This document shows, one piece after another, positions 18,984-28,981 of a stretch of 64,000 nucleotides of DNA. A program made the position numbers and the translations under genes. Under the pieces are notes generated by a model, which saw only the letters and a list, made by a program, of their open reading frames with translations, searched no databases and was not told where the DNA came from. The stretch's first letter is position 1, and every line of letters starts with the position of its first letter. The stretch covers positions 11,452 to 75,451 of IMG/VR virus record IMGVR_UViG_3300031772_000013; one strand, written 5' to 3'. The stretch is from a virus.

Positions 18984-20983
18984 GGCACGAGCCTCCCTTC
19001 CTTGTAGACCGCCTTCGCGTCCTTGCTCCAGTAACGGCACAGGAGCGGCTCGACCTTCGGCGTCACGTCGGGAATGGCCCGCCGTGCGGCGGCGACCATG
19101 ATGTCCGCCACGGCCACCGCGCGGTCGTGCGCGCGCTCGTCGTCGAGCACCTCGACGAGGTACTGGTCATGGATGAAGTTCACGGGGCGGGAGCCGAAGA
19201 GAACGTGATCCTGCTGGTGGTAACAAGCTCGGGCGAGATCGTACCCGGCCCACGTTGCGGCCGTCGCGCCGAGGCTCTGGAACGGGTCGTTGCACGCGAC
19301 CGTGTACGACATGTCGGAACGCCGGGAGCCTGTGACGAAACGCTGAAGAGACACCCTGCCGTTCTCGTTCTCTTGCTTGCCGATGTGATCGAAATAGTGT
19401 CGTGCCTCCGGCCACTGCGCGAGCCAGAACCGCTTCAGATCCCTGGCCTGGTCGACGGTTAGATTTACTTTGTACGAAGACGCGGCGTACTCAACGAAGC
19501 TCTCCGCACCGAGACCGCCAGGGAAACCGAAGTTCCCGACTTTGGCCACGAGACGACGCTGCTCAACCTCCTTGTCGCCGGCCTTGCGACGAGACTTCGC
19601 ATCCTGGTACGTGATGCCAAGGATCTGCGCGGCAAAAGCCAGATGCGGATCATTCTCCTCTGTGCTGTTCAGCACGTCCGCCATACGCGAGCGTCCAAAC
19701 CACCACAGGCACGTCTGCGCGAACGTGCAGAGTTCGAGCATCCCGTAGTCCGCATCGACGTAGATGTGCCCTGGACGCGGGCGGAAACACTCCCGCATCC
19801 CGGCGAGGCGTTTGATGTTCTGGATGTTGGGCTTGCTGGACGACGTGCGCCCTGTTTCCAAGAGAGGCTCGAAGCGCGTCTGGATCGGCTTGTTGATCCC
19901 TTTCCGGAGGATCGGCAGATCCGTCGAGACAACCTTCGCCAGGCTCGAGTAGTCGGCGTAGGCGCAGAGAATCGGATCTCCGGTCGCCTTGCACGTGGCG
20001 TCATCCAACGAGACGTCGCCACCGTCCGTCTCCGCGATCGGCAAGCCCTTGTCCTTGCAGACCTTCACCATCAGATCCTTCGCGGCCTTGGTGTCCCGCG
20101 TGCCCCAAACCTTCGCTTTGGTGGTTTTGCGAGCCTTCACCTTGTCAGTCTTCGCTAACTTAGCCAAAGCAATGACGAGGGCCTCCTTTGCAGTAATCTT
20201 TTTCTTGCGGGCCTTCGTTTTGGTTTTCTTGTGTGTTTCCTTTACGACGTCGTCTTCAAGACGCACCAAACCCCAGTTCACCAGTACGTCCCTGATTTCC
20301 TTGATGTGCTGCTCCGTGGCCTGCACGAACGCAGCAACCGCTTCCGGGTTCGTCTTGATCCCGTAGCAGGACATGAGGTGTAGCATCCACGCCGTGCGGC
20401 ACCGTGCGGGCTCGTCAAGGAGCAGTGCCGCGTCAGCCTCCTGTGCCTGGTAGACGGCCATCGTCGCAAGCGCATCGTCCTTGGCGTACTGGCAAGCGTC
20501 CGCCGGCCAGTCGGAGAGCGGAACTTCGTAGAGCTCAGAGTATCGCAGGCGCCAGGTGTCCTCGCCCTTGGAAAGTTCGTGACCAAGACGACGCTTGACC
20601 ACATCCGCGAGGCCGTACTCGATCTTGTACGTCTTGCCGTTCTCGTCCTTACGGAAACTTCGGTAGCAACCTTGAGCGATGTCGATCATTTTCTGACGCA
20701 TGAGCACGTCACGGACCAGACCGCGGTCGTAGAGCGTCCAGATCCGATCATCGAGCGACGGATCGTGCGCAAGCATCACACCCATGTCGAAGGCCACGTT
20801 CGCGCCGATGAGTGGCTCATTCTTCGCGAGCGCGTAGTCAACCAACGCACGGAACACAGGAGAGCCGTCGATTGCGTGCTCAAGTCGAACGTTGTGGTCC
20901 GAATCGGCCCAAGAAATGCAAACCAGATCCGGGGCGAGGTTGCCGTCGTTGATCAGGAAGGTCTCGGTGTCGAAGGCGAGCAT
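18971..20983 (-). CDS. polA: Family A DNA polymerase with 3'-5' exonuclease
   Basis: ExoI AFDTET, ExoII ANVAFD, ExoIII YAKDDA. TGRTSS..PNIQN. Motif A DADY..LE, motif B R..AK..NFG, motif C IHDQ. Confidence 0.95.
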   Translation of the reverse strand: MLAFDTETFLINDGNLAPDLVCISWADSDHNVRLEHAIDGSPVFRALVDYALAKNEPLIGANVAFDMGVMLAHDPSLDDRIWTLYDRGLVRDVLMRQKMIDIAQGCYRSFRKDENGKTYKIEYGLADVVKRRLGHELSKGEDTWRLRYSELYEVPLSDWPADACQYAKDDALATMAVYQAQEADAALLLDEPARCRTAWMLHLMSCYGIKTNPEAVAAFVQATEQHIKEIRDVLVNWGLVRLEDDVVKETHKKTKTKARKKKITAKEALVIALAKLAKTDKVKARKTTKAKVWGTRDTKAAKDLMVKVCKDKGLPIAETDGGDVSLDDATCKATGDPILCAYADYSSLAKVVSTDLPILRKGINKPIQTRFEPLLETGRTSSSKPNIQNIKRLAGMRECFRPRPGHIYVDADYGMLELCTFAQTCLWWFGRSRMADVLNSTEENDPHLAFAAQILGITYQDAKSRRKAGDKEVEQRRLVAKVGNFGFPGGLGAESFVEYAASSYKVNLTVDQARDLKRFWLAQWPEARHYFDHIGKQENENGRVSLQRFVTGSRRSDMSYTVACNDPFQSLGATAATWAGYDLARACYHQQDHVLFGSRPVNFIHDQYLVEVLDDERAHDRAVAVADIMVAAARRAIPDVTPKVEPLLCRYWSKDAKAVYKEGRLVPWPS

Positions 20984-20992
20984 CGGAAATCA

Positions 20993-21022
20993 ACCCCGCC
21001 CCGGGGTCACCAGGGGCGGGGT
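20993..21022 (-). terminator. GC-rich hairpin between the putative SSB and polA
   Basis: ACCCCGCCCC / GGGGCGGGGT 10-bp inverted repeat with a weak U-tail. Confidence 0.45.
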
Positions 21023-21028
21023 CCTCTC

Positions 21029-21784
21029 TCACTTAGGGCTCATCCACGGCGGAAGCGCGACAGCCGGAGGCATGGCGGGCTGGCCGTAGGGGGCCTGCGC
21101 CGGGGCGTACGCGGGCGGCGGTGCCTGCGGGGCCGAGGCGTACGCGGGCGGCGGTGCCTGCGGGGCCAGCGCAGGCGGAGCGTAGGCCGGCGGCGCGTAG
21201 ACGGGCGGTGTGCCGCCGTGCGCCGAAGGGTACCCCAGAGGAGCAGCCGCGGGTTGCGCCGCTGACCTCTGAAGCGCCTGTGCCACCGCTGGAGTCGGCG
21301 TGGGCTGCCAACCCGGCGCCGGGGTCCACGGGGACCACACGTGGAGCGTGAACTCCTTGTTCATCTTGGTCATGATGACCCGACACTCGACGGAAACCGT
21401 CTCACGCCCACCGAGCACGGCCACACCCTGCACCTCGAGTGCAGTCATGAGTGCCGGAAGCTGGGGATTGAGCTGCTGCTCGATCTGCTGCATGTGTTCG
21501 GGGTTCGAGATGTCGAATCCGAGGACTGCCGCCACCATCTCCTTGATGTTCGAGAACGCCTGCTGCTGCTGCACCATCTTGACGAAGTACGTCCCCTTGC
21601 TCCCGATCGGGTGCGCGGGGTTGTCACTCTCCAAGACTTCGAACTCAGTGATGAACGCTACTCCAGACTTCTGCGTCTGCTTGCTCAGGCACCTGAGCAA
21701 GTGGAGCTTGTACCTCCCGGGGCTGAAGTAGTTGCCACGCTCGAAAATAGGCGCTTGCGCTATCTGGGACCAATCAATGGGCAT
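21029..21784 (-). CDS. Putative single-stranded DNA-binding protein with Pro/Ala-rich repeat tail
   Basis: Position directly upstream of polA. Beta-rich N-terminus (PGRYKL...FITEFEVLES). 33-bp-period repeat encodes APQAPPPAYA. Confidence 0.5.
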   Translation of the reverse strand: MPIDWSQIAQAPIFERGNYFSPGRYKLHLLRCLSKQTQKSGVAFITEFEVLESDNPAHPIGSKGTYFVKMVQQQQAFSNIKEMVAAVLGFDISNPEHMQQIEQQLNPQLPALMTALEVQGVAVLGGRETVSVECRVIMTKMNKEFTLHVWSPWTPAPGWQPTPTPAVAQALQRSAAQPAAAPLGYPSAHGGTPPVYAPPAYAPPALAPQAPPPAYASAPQAPPPAYAPAQAPYGQPAMPPAVALPPWMSPK

Positions 21785-21875
21785 GATTCTTGTTCCTTGT
21801 TCTTTGTTGTCGAGATCAGAGACGGGAAAATTCCCGCGAGCTGCACGTGAAGGAGGTTTCGCGTGCAGCTCGCGA

Positions 21876-22247
21876 TCAAGTTCCGCGAAAGTTAAACACT
21901 GCGTTGATGCCCGTCGCTTTCACCCGAAACCCTTCGAGGAGTGCGGCGAGAATGAACGCCCCATTCGCGATGTACTTATGACCGCCGTGTGCATCGGTCC
22001 ACTTCTCCACTTCGTGTTTGTAACCGTAGCTTCCGATACACAAACCATTTTTCGGAAAATATGAAAGAGGTTTAGCGTGCAACCGAAGCCAATCTCTACA
22101 CACCTCCACCTGATTCATTTCAATCGGGCACACCTCTCCGGCACGCCCCTTGTGGCAATAGCAACCGGTCGAAGAACGAGGCAAGCAACCGCAACCAGTT
22201 ATTTGTTCGGGTGTTGTTATCAAGAACGTCTCCTTAACATCTCTCAT
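21876..22247 (-). CDS. Hypothetical phage protein (SYG.KH..E...YI.NG.FI type), lower GC
   Basis: ATG overlaps the helicase stop. Confidence 0.5.
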   Translation of the reverse strand: MRDVKETFLITTPEQITGCGCLPRSSTGCYCHKGRAGEVCPIEMNQVEVCRDWLRLHAKPLSYFPKNGLCIGSYGYKHEVEKWTDAHGGHKYIANGAFILAALLEGFRVKATGINAVFNFRGT

Positions 22248-24022
22248 TTGCTCCAAACCGCTCCTCTCAAGTGTGTCGTGTCCGGGACAACGATGTCCGC
22301 GAGCAAAAGTTTCTGACGGTCGCCCGTGATGTCCTCCTGGTACTGCGCGTCGCTCTGCATGATGCGCATGGCGTCCACGTGCTCCGCACACGAGATCACG
22401 ATGTCGCAGATCACCTCGTCCGCCTCCTGCCCGTCACGGTGCGTGCGGGCCAGCAGTTGTTGCCACCGATCCCCCTGCTGCGGCGGCGAGACGACAAGGT
22501 TCCTCGAGAACCTCTGGAGGTTCCGGCCCTCTCGGTTCGCCTCGATCGAAAGAATCGCGCACCTACCTTCGAAGTTCTCGATCGAGTTTCCCTGTGCATC
22601 GAGCCCCTCACCGGCAAAGTAAGGCAACCCCGTCTTGGCCGACAGACGACGTGCGAAGTCGACGTGCTCGCACCAGATCAATCCACCGTACTCAGCCCAG
22701 CGCTGGCAGCGGTTCAAAACAGAGTCGTCGAACGGGACCGCGACGGTGCGCGGCTTGAACGTGTCGCGCACGGCTACCCAAGCCTTGTACTCCTCGTCGC
22801 CATACCACTCCGGATGCTCGACGCACGCAAGCGCGACCTGCATCTCGGAGTCGAGGTGACGTCGATTGTCCTTGAGAGTTTTACGACAAAACGCGGACCA
22901 CGCCTTGCGTGCCTCAAGCCAGGCATCGGGCGGGCGAACAGCCCACTTGTAGAAGAAGCCCAAGGCGAGCTCTCGCGCGTGACGCCAGATCGCGAAACCG
23001 TCGGCGAGGGGGCCGCCGTCGGGCGTTTCCCACCGTTCACGAAGCGTATCGAACGCAGCGGCGGTCTCTCCCGAGGTCTCCACGATGTGCCCCTGAACCC
23101 GGAGGCTGACGTCGCAACCCACACCCGAGGCCGTCACCACGCCAGGTGTGTCGTTGATACGTCTGCGGACAGCGGTACGGGCGCGCTTCGTCGGATCGCC
23201 GACGTCTTCCTCGGTGGCGAGCTTCAAGATCGCCCCGGGGTGCAAGGGCGGCACGATCGCGTTCGGCCGCTCATCGAGAGCCAGAGCCCACGCTTCGAGT
23301 TCGTTGTAGTGCCGCGGAAGCGGCGTCCGGAGCTTCAGGGACCACATGAGCAAGTGCGCGAAGTCGTGGAGAGAGCGCTTGGAGATCGTGCCGGTCAGAA
23401 TGACCATCCGAGTCTCTGGGTGGTCGTGCATGAACCGAGAGACGCGCTTCGTCACGGCCGCACGTTTGTTCTTCAGTTTGTGGGCCTCGTCGCAAATGAT
23501 CAAATCCGGGTTGCACTTCGCAAGCGTGTCCGCGCCAGAGACTCGGCCAAGGCTCTGATAGCTCACGATGTGAAGGAACGTCGGGAGCTTCCAATGTTGA
23601 GCGAGCTTGCGCGCTTCCGTTCGCGTCTTCTCAATCAAAGCCGCGGGCACGATCAACATCGGCGCTCGCGCTTCGAGAACGATTGGCATGAGCAGGGAAA
23701 TGAGCGTCTTCCCTCCAGAGACTCGAATCGGCCCGAAGAGGCCCTGGTAGTCGTGGGCCTCGAAGAGTGCCTGCGCCTGCACCGGACGCAGTCGCATCGT
23801 TCCGTTCGGAGTCTTCAGGTGCTCGGTGAGAAGATCGATCCGCTCCTCTTCCTCTTCGGGAGTGAGAGGAACCCGGCGTGGAAGCATCAAAATGCGATCC
23901 AGCTCAGGAGAATGTTTCACCCCTTCCGCCTCACGGATCTTGCCGAGAGCAGTACCTCGCCTAGCGCCGTTGGTGACTTCGGCGACGGCAGCGAAGACGT
24001 TGGAGAGATCGATCTCAGGCAT
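22244..24022 (-). CDS. Superfamily 2 helicase
   Basis: LRPVQ, GGKT, DEAH, LTGT, EGRNLQ, QLLARTHR.GQ. Confidence 0.9.
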   Translation of the reverse strand: MPEIDLSNVFAAVAEVTNGARRGTALGKIREAEGVKHSPELDRILMLPRRVPLTPEEEEERIDLLTEHLKTPNGTMRLRPVQAQALFEAHDYQGLFGPIRVSGGKTLISLLMPIVLEARAPMLIVPAALIEKTRTEARKLAQHWKLPTFLHIVSYQSLGRVSGADTLAKCNPDLIICDEAHKLKNKRAAVTKRVSRFMHDHPETRMVILTGTISKRSLHDFAHLLMWSLKLRTPLPRHYNELEAWALALDERPNAIVPPLHPGAILKLATEEDVGDPTKRARTAVRRRINDTPGVVTASGVGCDVSLRVQGHIVETSGETAAAFDTLRERWETPDGGPLADGFAIWRHARELALGFFYKWAVRPPDAWLEARKAWSAFCRKTLKDNRRHLDSEMQVALACVEHPEWYGDEEYKAWVAVRDTFKPRTVAVPFDDSVLNRCQRWAEYGGLIWCEHVDFARRLSAKTGLPYFAGEGLDAQGNSIENFEGRCAILSIEANREGRNLQRFSRNLVVSPPQQGDRWQQLLARTHRDGQEADEVICDIVISCAEHVDAMRIMQSDAQYQEDITGDRQKLLLADIVVPDTTHLRGAVWSK

Positions 24023-24130
24023 GGACTCAGCGTCGACCCTTCGCGTCGGGATGTAGCGCGCCGCACTTCCAGCAGGTGGGCGACACGGACGACCACGAAT
24101 GGTCGAACAAGAAGCATAGTATCCGTTGAA

Positions 24131-25585
24131 TCACCGGAACGCCCTCACGACCTTCGTCGCCCGAGAGATCCACACGCCCGCCGTGTCCTCCTCCGCACGT
24201 GTGTTGCCGAACACCACATCACCCAGCGGCGCGTTGCTCGCCGTCTCGCACAAGGCGAGCACTTCCTCAAGAACTTTGCAGAGTTCGCCAGGACCCTTGC
24301 CGTGTTCCATCTCCTGATAGTGGGCGACGTTGTGCAACTCCTTCAAGCGGTCGTGCGCAGCGTTCACATAGATCAAGGCGCTCGTCACCTCGCAGCCGAT
24401 CGGAGCGCAGCCGACGTAGAGGACGAAGCCGGTAGGTGGCGCCGCAGGGGCAGCGACCGTGTGTGCAGAAGGCGCAGAAGCGCTTTCGATCGTCCCCGAG
24501 GCTGGCTCTTTCTTCCTCGGACGCCCAGGCTTCCTCGGGGCAGCGGCCTCTTGCGTAGGTTCGACCACAGGAACAGGAGCAGGAGCAGGAACAGGAGGAG
24601 TGAAGACAGCCGGCGGCGTGGCCTGCATGGACAGCACGAACGGCGTGGCTGGCACAGACGGAGCGGTCTGAGAGAACGACGGCGCAGGCGGCGAGGGCGG
24701 AACCGGCGCGATCTGAGGGAACGGCAGTACCGGCTGGGGCGCCGCCTGCACGGGCTGGGGCGGCACGAACGCCTCCGGAGGATGGATCGGGCTCGGAGGG
24801 CGTCCGGCCTTCATTGCTTTGAGCCTGTCGGTGAGAGACATCCCTGCCTGGGTCATGGTCGCTTGAACTCTCTGGGTTGGGGTCGGATTACAGATTGAAA
24901 GAAACGCACAACCTCCGAAAGCGTCGCAAGCTCGGAAGTCTGGAGTGAAGTCGAGCGCGGACGCATCGGACGGAACTTCGTGGTGGAGCTTCGTGATCTC
25001 TCCGGCAACCAGGTCCACGTGCTCGAAGAACAGCTCGGCGATCGAGTTTCTGGACACGATCTGGAAACGGGACTCGGCTTTCCTTGCGCCCGTCGTCTTG
25101 TAATAGACCCAGTCGAGAGCCAAGTGATTGTCGTTCGGGTTCTTGTGGAACTCGTCCACGGCGTAGATGAGCGCCTGGGGGTGGCAGAGGATATCTTCAA
25201 CTGTCTTCGCCCACGTGAACGCCTTCGTGGTTTTGTGGTCGCCAACATGGATCAGGCCGTTGGCGTCGCGGTACCGGAAATCTTTGAACCCCGTGTACCA
25301 GGCGCGCTGGCTCGCGAAATGGAACTTCTCTTCAGTGACGAGCGTCGGGGTCCGGGGCGCGGGCAAAAGATGAAGACCGCTCGCAGCGATCTCGCCTTCT
25401 GGCGTCCACGTGTCGGGGGCTGTGCCGTCCGTGAGCCACTTCTCGAGGATCGCGTGCACGCGGGTCCCCAAGGCGGCGGAGTCGTTCGACGGAGGGCGCT
25501 TGTTCTCTATGTAACTGAAGGCCCATTTACGTGGGCAGAGATCGAAGACCTCGATCTCGGACGCGCTGACGTAGAGTTGCCCCAT
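24131..25585 (-). CDS. PD-(D/E)XK (RecB/Cas4-like) exonuclease with Pro-rich linker
   Basis: SAS....CPRKW, GTRVH, D...DHKT, QALIY, C-terminal Cys cluster. Confidence 0.85.
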   Translation of the reverse strand: MGQLYVSASEIEVFDLCPRKWAFSYIENKRPPSNDSAALGTRVHAILEKWLTDGTAPDTWTPEGEIAASGLHLLPAPRTPTLVTEEKFHFASQRAWYTGFKDFRYRDANGLIHVGDHKTTKAFTWAKTVEDILCHPQALIYAVDEFHKNPNDNHLALDWVYYKTTGARKAESRFQIVSRNSIAELFFEHVDLVAGEITKLHHEVPSDASALDFTPDFRACDAFGGCAFLSICNPTPTQRVQATMTQAGMSLTDRLKAMKAGRPPSPIHPPEAFVPPQPVQAAPQPVLPFPQIAPVPPSPPAPSFSQTAPSVPATPFVLSMQATPPAVFTPPVPAPAPVPVVEPTQEAAAPRKPGRPRKKEPASGTIESASAPSAHTVAAPAAPPTGFVLYVGCAPIGCEVTSALIYVNAAHDRLKELHNVAHYQEMEHGKGPGELCKVLEEVLALCETASNAPLGDVVFGNTRAEEDTAGVWISRATKVVRAFR

Positions 25586-25956
25586 CAGACTTCGTCTTTT
25601 TCCCAGCCAGGGGGCACGCCACCGCAAGGCTCGGCGATCCGCTCGTCCTGAACCGAAAGCAAACACTCCTGGCACAACGTCTGGTCGTTGAGTCGATCGA
25701 CATCGTGCGTCCCGTGCGGCTCGGGCATGATCCGACAGACGGACATGCACACGAACCCTTCGGGGATCCCGTACGCCGGACCACGCAAGATGTAGGTCAC
25801 AAGAAAGTTCGCCCAGGCGTCGGACCCGGTCCGTGCGAGCCGGAGCACATCTCCGACGACGTATCCGCGATCGTCGCGACGGAACTCGAACGTCTTGATT
25901 CTCGACACGAGGGCGTCGAACGGCTCGGGGTCGCACTTCAGGTTCAGTTCCGCCAC
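25585..25956 (-). CDS. ASCH/PUA (DUF3850-like) protein
   Basis: LK..PEPF....KTFEFRRDDRGY.VGD.LRL. Confidence 0.8.
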   Translation of the reverse strand: MAELNLKCDPEPFDALVSRIKTFEFRRDDRGYVVGDVLRLARTGSDAWANFLVTYILRGPAYGIPEGFVCMSVCRIMPEPHGTHDVDRLNDQTLCQECLLSVQDERIAEPCGGVPPGWEKDEV

Positions 25957-26143
25957 GCCTCGTCGTTATCCCGCCCACCGACCCGTCCGTCAAGTTTTTT
26001 CTCTAACCTCTCAGACTACTGGACGTGCTTTCGTTTTTCCGGTAGTCCCGGAAGTCCCTCCCGATCCGCCGCAACCGTACTGGTCGACCTTGTACGCTAG
26101 CGGCGGATCGGAGAGGGCATTTGTTCCGCCGGAGGTCCGCCAC

Positions 26144-28582
26144 TTGTCGTCATTCACGGCTCTTGATTTCGCGCTCGGCTACATCGACATGGGGTTGTGC
26201 CCGATCCCGATCCCGTACCGCGAGAAGGGGCCGACGATAGAGAAGTGGACCGAACTTCGGATCACACCAGAGACCGCGCCGCAGTATTTCAACGGCGCCC
26301 CGCAGAACATCGGCATCATCCTCGGGGAGACGTCGAAGGACTTGGTCGATGTCGACATCGACTGCATCGAGGCGCTGGCCGTGGCGCCGTTCCTCCTACC
26401 GGCCACATCAGGACGATTCGGTCGCGCGAGCAAGCGCGCGTCGCACTGGCTCTACTTCTCGAACGTCCCGAAGCACATCAAGTACGAGGATCCGAACATC
26501 GACGGCCCGGGAAAGACGATCGTCGAACTCCGCTCGGGCGGCGTGCAGACCGTGTTCCCCGGGAGCGTGCATGTCACCGGCGAGCCCATCGAACTCGAAG
26601 ACGACGCAGACTTCGCGACGATCCCGCAGGTAACGCAAGAGGTGCTTGAGGAGGCCGTAGGGAAAGTAGCGGCGGCGTCGCTACTTGCGAGGTACTTCCC
26701 TCAAAAAGGCCGTCACGACTTCTGCCTCGCGCTCGGGGGCGGCCTCCTGCGAGACGGATGGACTGTGGACGACGCCGAGATGTTCGTTGGGATTGTGGCG
26801 TGGGTCGGTGGCTCCGACAAGCCGCGGGAGCGGGCCGCGAGCGTGCGAGGCACAGCCGAGAAGTTCGACGCTGGCGAGCCTGTCACCGGCTGGAAGCGCG
26901 TCTCCGAGCTCATCGCGGATCGCCCGCTCGGCGGTGGCATCGGCGGGAAGAAGCTCGTGTCGCGGGCTCGGAAGTGGTTGCCGGCCAAGAAAGAGCCGAT
27001 AGGAGACGCCAAAATCATCCCCCTGGGAGCGGATTTGCATCGCGTGGTGGCAGCAACGCTTGCGGCACTTCCGAACGATCCGGACACGTACCAACGCGAT
27101 GGACAGCTCGTGCGCGTGGTTCGCGTGGCCGAGGCCGAGGCAGAAAAAGAGAAGATGGCGGCCGGCACACCGCAGATCAAAGCGTTCGGGCTCGCCGTGC
27201 TGAAGGTGAAGCTCACGCACGTCGTGTCGTTCCAGAAATACAGCCTCACGTCTGAGGCGTGGGTCGACACCACACCGCCCGATGACGTGACTGCCGCCGT
27301 CAAGGACTGGGGTGAGTACCCTGGCGTGCAGCCCGTGACGGGCATCATCGAGACGCCGTCGATGCGTCCTGACGGCTCGCTCATCACGGAACCGGGTTAC
27401 GACGCCGCGACAGGATACATCTACGCGCCTCAGCACGAGTTCCCGCCGATCGCCGATCACCTGACGCACGACGACGCGCGGCGCGCGCTCACGGAGCTTC
27501 TCGAGCCGTACGTGGACTTCCCGTTCAAAGACGAAGCCTCGCGACACGTTCCCGTTGCTGCTTTACTCACGCTGGTCTGCCGCCCTGCCATACGCGGAGC
27601 CGTACCCGGTTTCGTTTTCGACGCCTCCACGCAAGGCAGCGGCAAAGGTTTATGCGCGAGTGCCGTGACGGCGCTCGCGCACGGTCGTCCGGCGGCTGTC
27701 ATGACTTGGCCCAGCGGGGATCGTGATGACGAGGTCGAGAAAATCCTCGCCGGCTACGCTGTGCGTGCAGCGAGCGTCATTCTGTGGGACAACATCGACA
27801 AAAGCGTCTTCGGCGGCGCCCCGCTCGACAAGGTCCTGACGGCCGTCGATCGTGTGGAACTCCGGATCCTCGGCCAGACGAAGGTGCCGTCGCTCACCTG
27901 GCGCACGGTGATTCTGGCGACGGGGAACAACATCATGCTCGGCGCAGACACTACGCGCCGAGTGCTCATGTGTCGCCTTGAACCGCTGATGGAGCATCCG
28001 GAGGAACGAACGAATTTCGTGATCAAAGGCGATCTCATCGCGTGGTGCATGACGCAGCACCCGAGGATGGTGGCAGCGGCGTTGACGCTCTTGCGTGCCT
28101 ACGTGCTCGCCGGGCGGCCGAAGCGAGAAGGTACGACCGGCTGGGGATCGTTCGACCTGTGGAGGGAGCTCATCGGGGAAGCAATCGTCTGGGCCGGCGG
28201 GGCAGACGTCATGGCGACCCGGCCGACGTTCGACAAGACGACGGACGATCCGGAGAAGGCGGCTCTCAGGACCGTCTTCGAACAACTTCCTCGACTCCTC
28301 CCTGAAGGCGGAACGGTTCGAGAGATCGTCGACAAGCTCTACCCGGAGTGGGGCGCTCCAGACCCGACATTCACGACGCTCCGCGACGCGCTTGAGTCAC
28401 TCGCGCCGTCACACAAGAAAGGGCAGCCGCCCGACACAGGGAAGCTAGGCAAAGCCTTCCGCAAAGCCCGGCGTCGGGTTCTGGGGGATCGCGCTCTCGG
28501 GAGCCGCTGGATCGACATCGTCAGCACACACGCTGGCACCGCAAAATGGTGCGTGTTTTTGGTGACGCCGCCAGAAAAATGA
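26144..28582 (+). CDS. Bifunctional primase-polymerase fused to P-loop helicase
   Basis: KGP...NIGI....DVDID...HWLY PrimPol motifs. Walker A GSGKG, ILWDN, ATGNN. TTG start with GGAGG upstream. Confidence 0.88.
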   Translation: MSSFTALDFALGYIDMGLCPIPIPYREKGPTIEKWTELRITPETAPQYFNGAPQNIGIILGETSKDLVDVDIDCIEALAVAPFLLPATSGRFGRASKRASHWLYFSNVPKHIKYEDPNIDGPGKTIVELRSGGVQTVFPGSVHVTGEPIELEDDADFATIPQVTQEVLEEAVGKVAAASLLARYFPQKGRHDFCLALGGGLLRDGWTVDDAEMFVGIVAWVGGSDKPRERAASVRGTAEKFDAGEPVTGWKRVSELIADRPLGGGIGGKKLVSRARKWLPAKKEPIGDAKIIPLGADLHRVVAATLAALPNDPDTYQRDGQLVRVVRVAEAEAEKEKMAAGTPQIKAFGLAVLKVKLTHVVSFQKYSLTSEAWVDTTPPDDVTAAVKDWGEYPGVQPVTGIIETPSMRPDGSLITEPGYDAATGYIYAPQHEFPPIADHLTHDDARRALTELLEPYVDFPFKDEASRHVPVAALLTLVCRPAIRGAVPGFVFDASTQGSGKGLCASAVTALAHGRPAAVMTWPSGDRDDEVEKILAGYAVRAASVILWDNIDKSVFGGAPLDKVLTAVDRVELRILGQTKVPSLTWRTVILATGNNIMLGADTTRRVLMCRLEPLMEHPEERTNFVIKGDLIAWCMTQHPRMVAAALTLLRAYVLAGRPKREGTTGWGSFDLWRELIGEAIVWAGGADVMATRPTFDKTTDDPEKAALRTVFEQLPRLLPEGGTVREIVDKLYPEWGAPDPTFTTLRDALESLAPSHKKGQPPDTGKLGKAFRKARRRVLGDRALGSRWIDIVSTHAGTAKWCVFLVTPPEK

Positions 28583-28591
28583 CGCACCGCA

Positions 28592-28856
28592 TGGTGGGGA
28601 TGGTGGGGATTGGTGGGGATGTTCGGTGCCGTTGGGACCTCAACTTCAGAGGGCAATTATTTATTTATTTAATTCTTTTTCGTTTAAAAAAATAACTCCT
28701 CCGGAGATTTTGGTCCCTCTGGGTCAAACATCCCCACCAATCCCCACCAAAGGCAAAAAAGAGGGTGTAACTATCGAGAAAGACACATGTCTTGTTGGTG
28801 GGGATCGCGTTTTGGATCCCCACCAAAAGTGGTGGGGATCGCTCGGATCCCCACCA
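28592..28856. repeat. Iteron-like array (9 x TGGTGGGGA(T), both orientations) around an AT-rich tract; putative replication origin
   Basis: Forward copies near 28592, 28601, 28611, 28796, 28830. Reverse copies near 28730, 28740, 28816, 28847. AT tract about 28656-28695. Confidence 0.75.
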
Positions 28857-28981
28857 AAATGTATGGCACCATAGGGCACCCCGCAAACTTTTCTCGGTTC
28901 GAGGGCTGGTACGTGCGTCATTTCTGCCGACACTGTTAAGTGGTGGCCACTGCCGCATTTTGGCGAGCGCCAACGACCGCC

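Noticed and set aside
22271-24898. 875-aa plus-strand ORF (and similar long ones: 58080-59918, 12540-13319, 26681-27547)
   Set aside because: Antisense shadows of well-supported genes in high-GC DNA. They are Arg-rich and carry no motifs.
24131-25585. CRISPR-associated Cas4
   Set aside because: No cas1/cas2 or array. It lies in the replication operon, as is typical for phage PD-(D/E)XK exonucleases.
28592-28856. CRISPR array
   Set aside because: Repeats are 9-10 bp, occur in both orientations and are irregularly spaced, which fits iterons.
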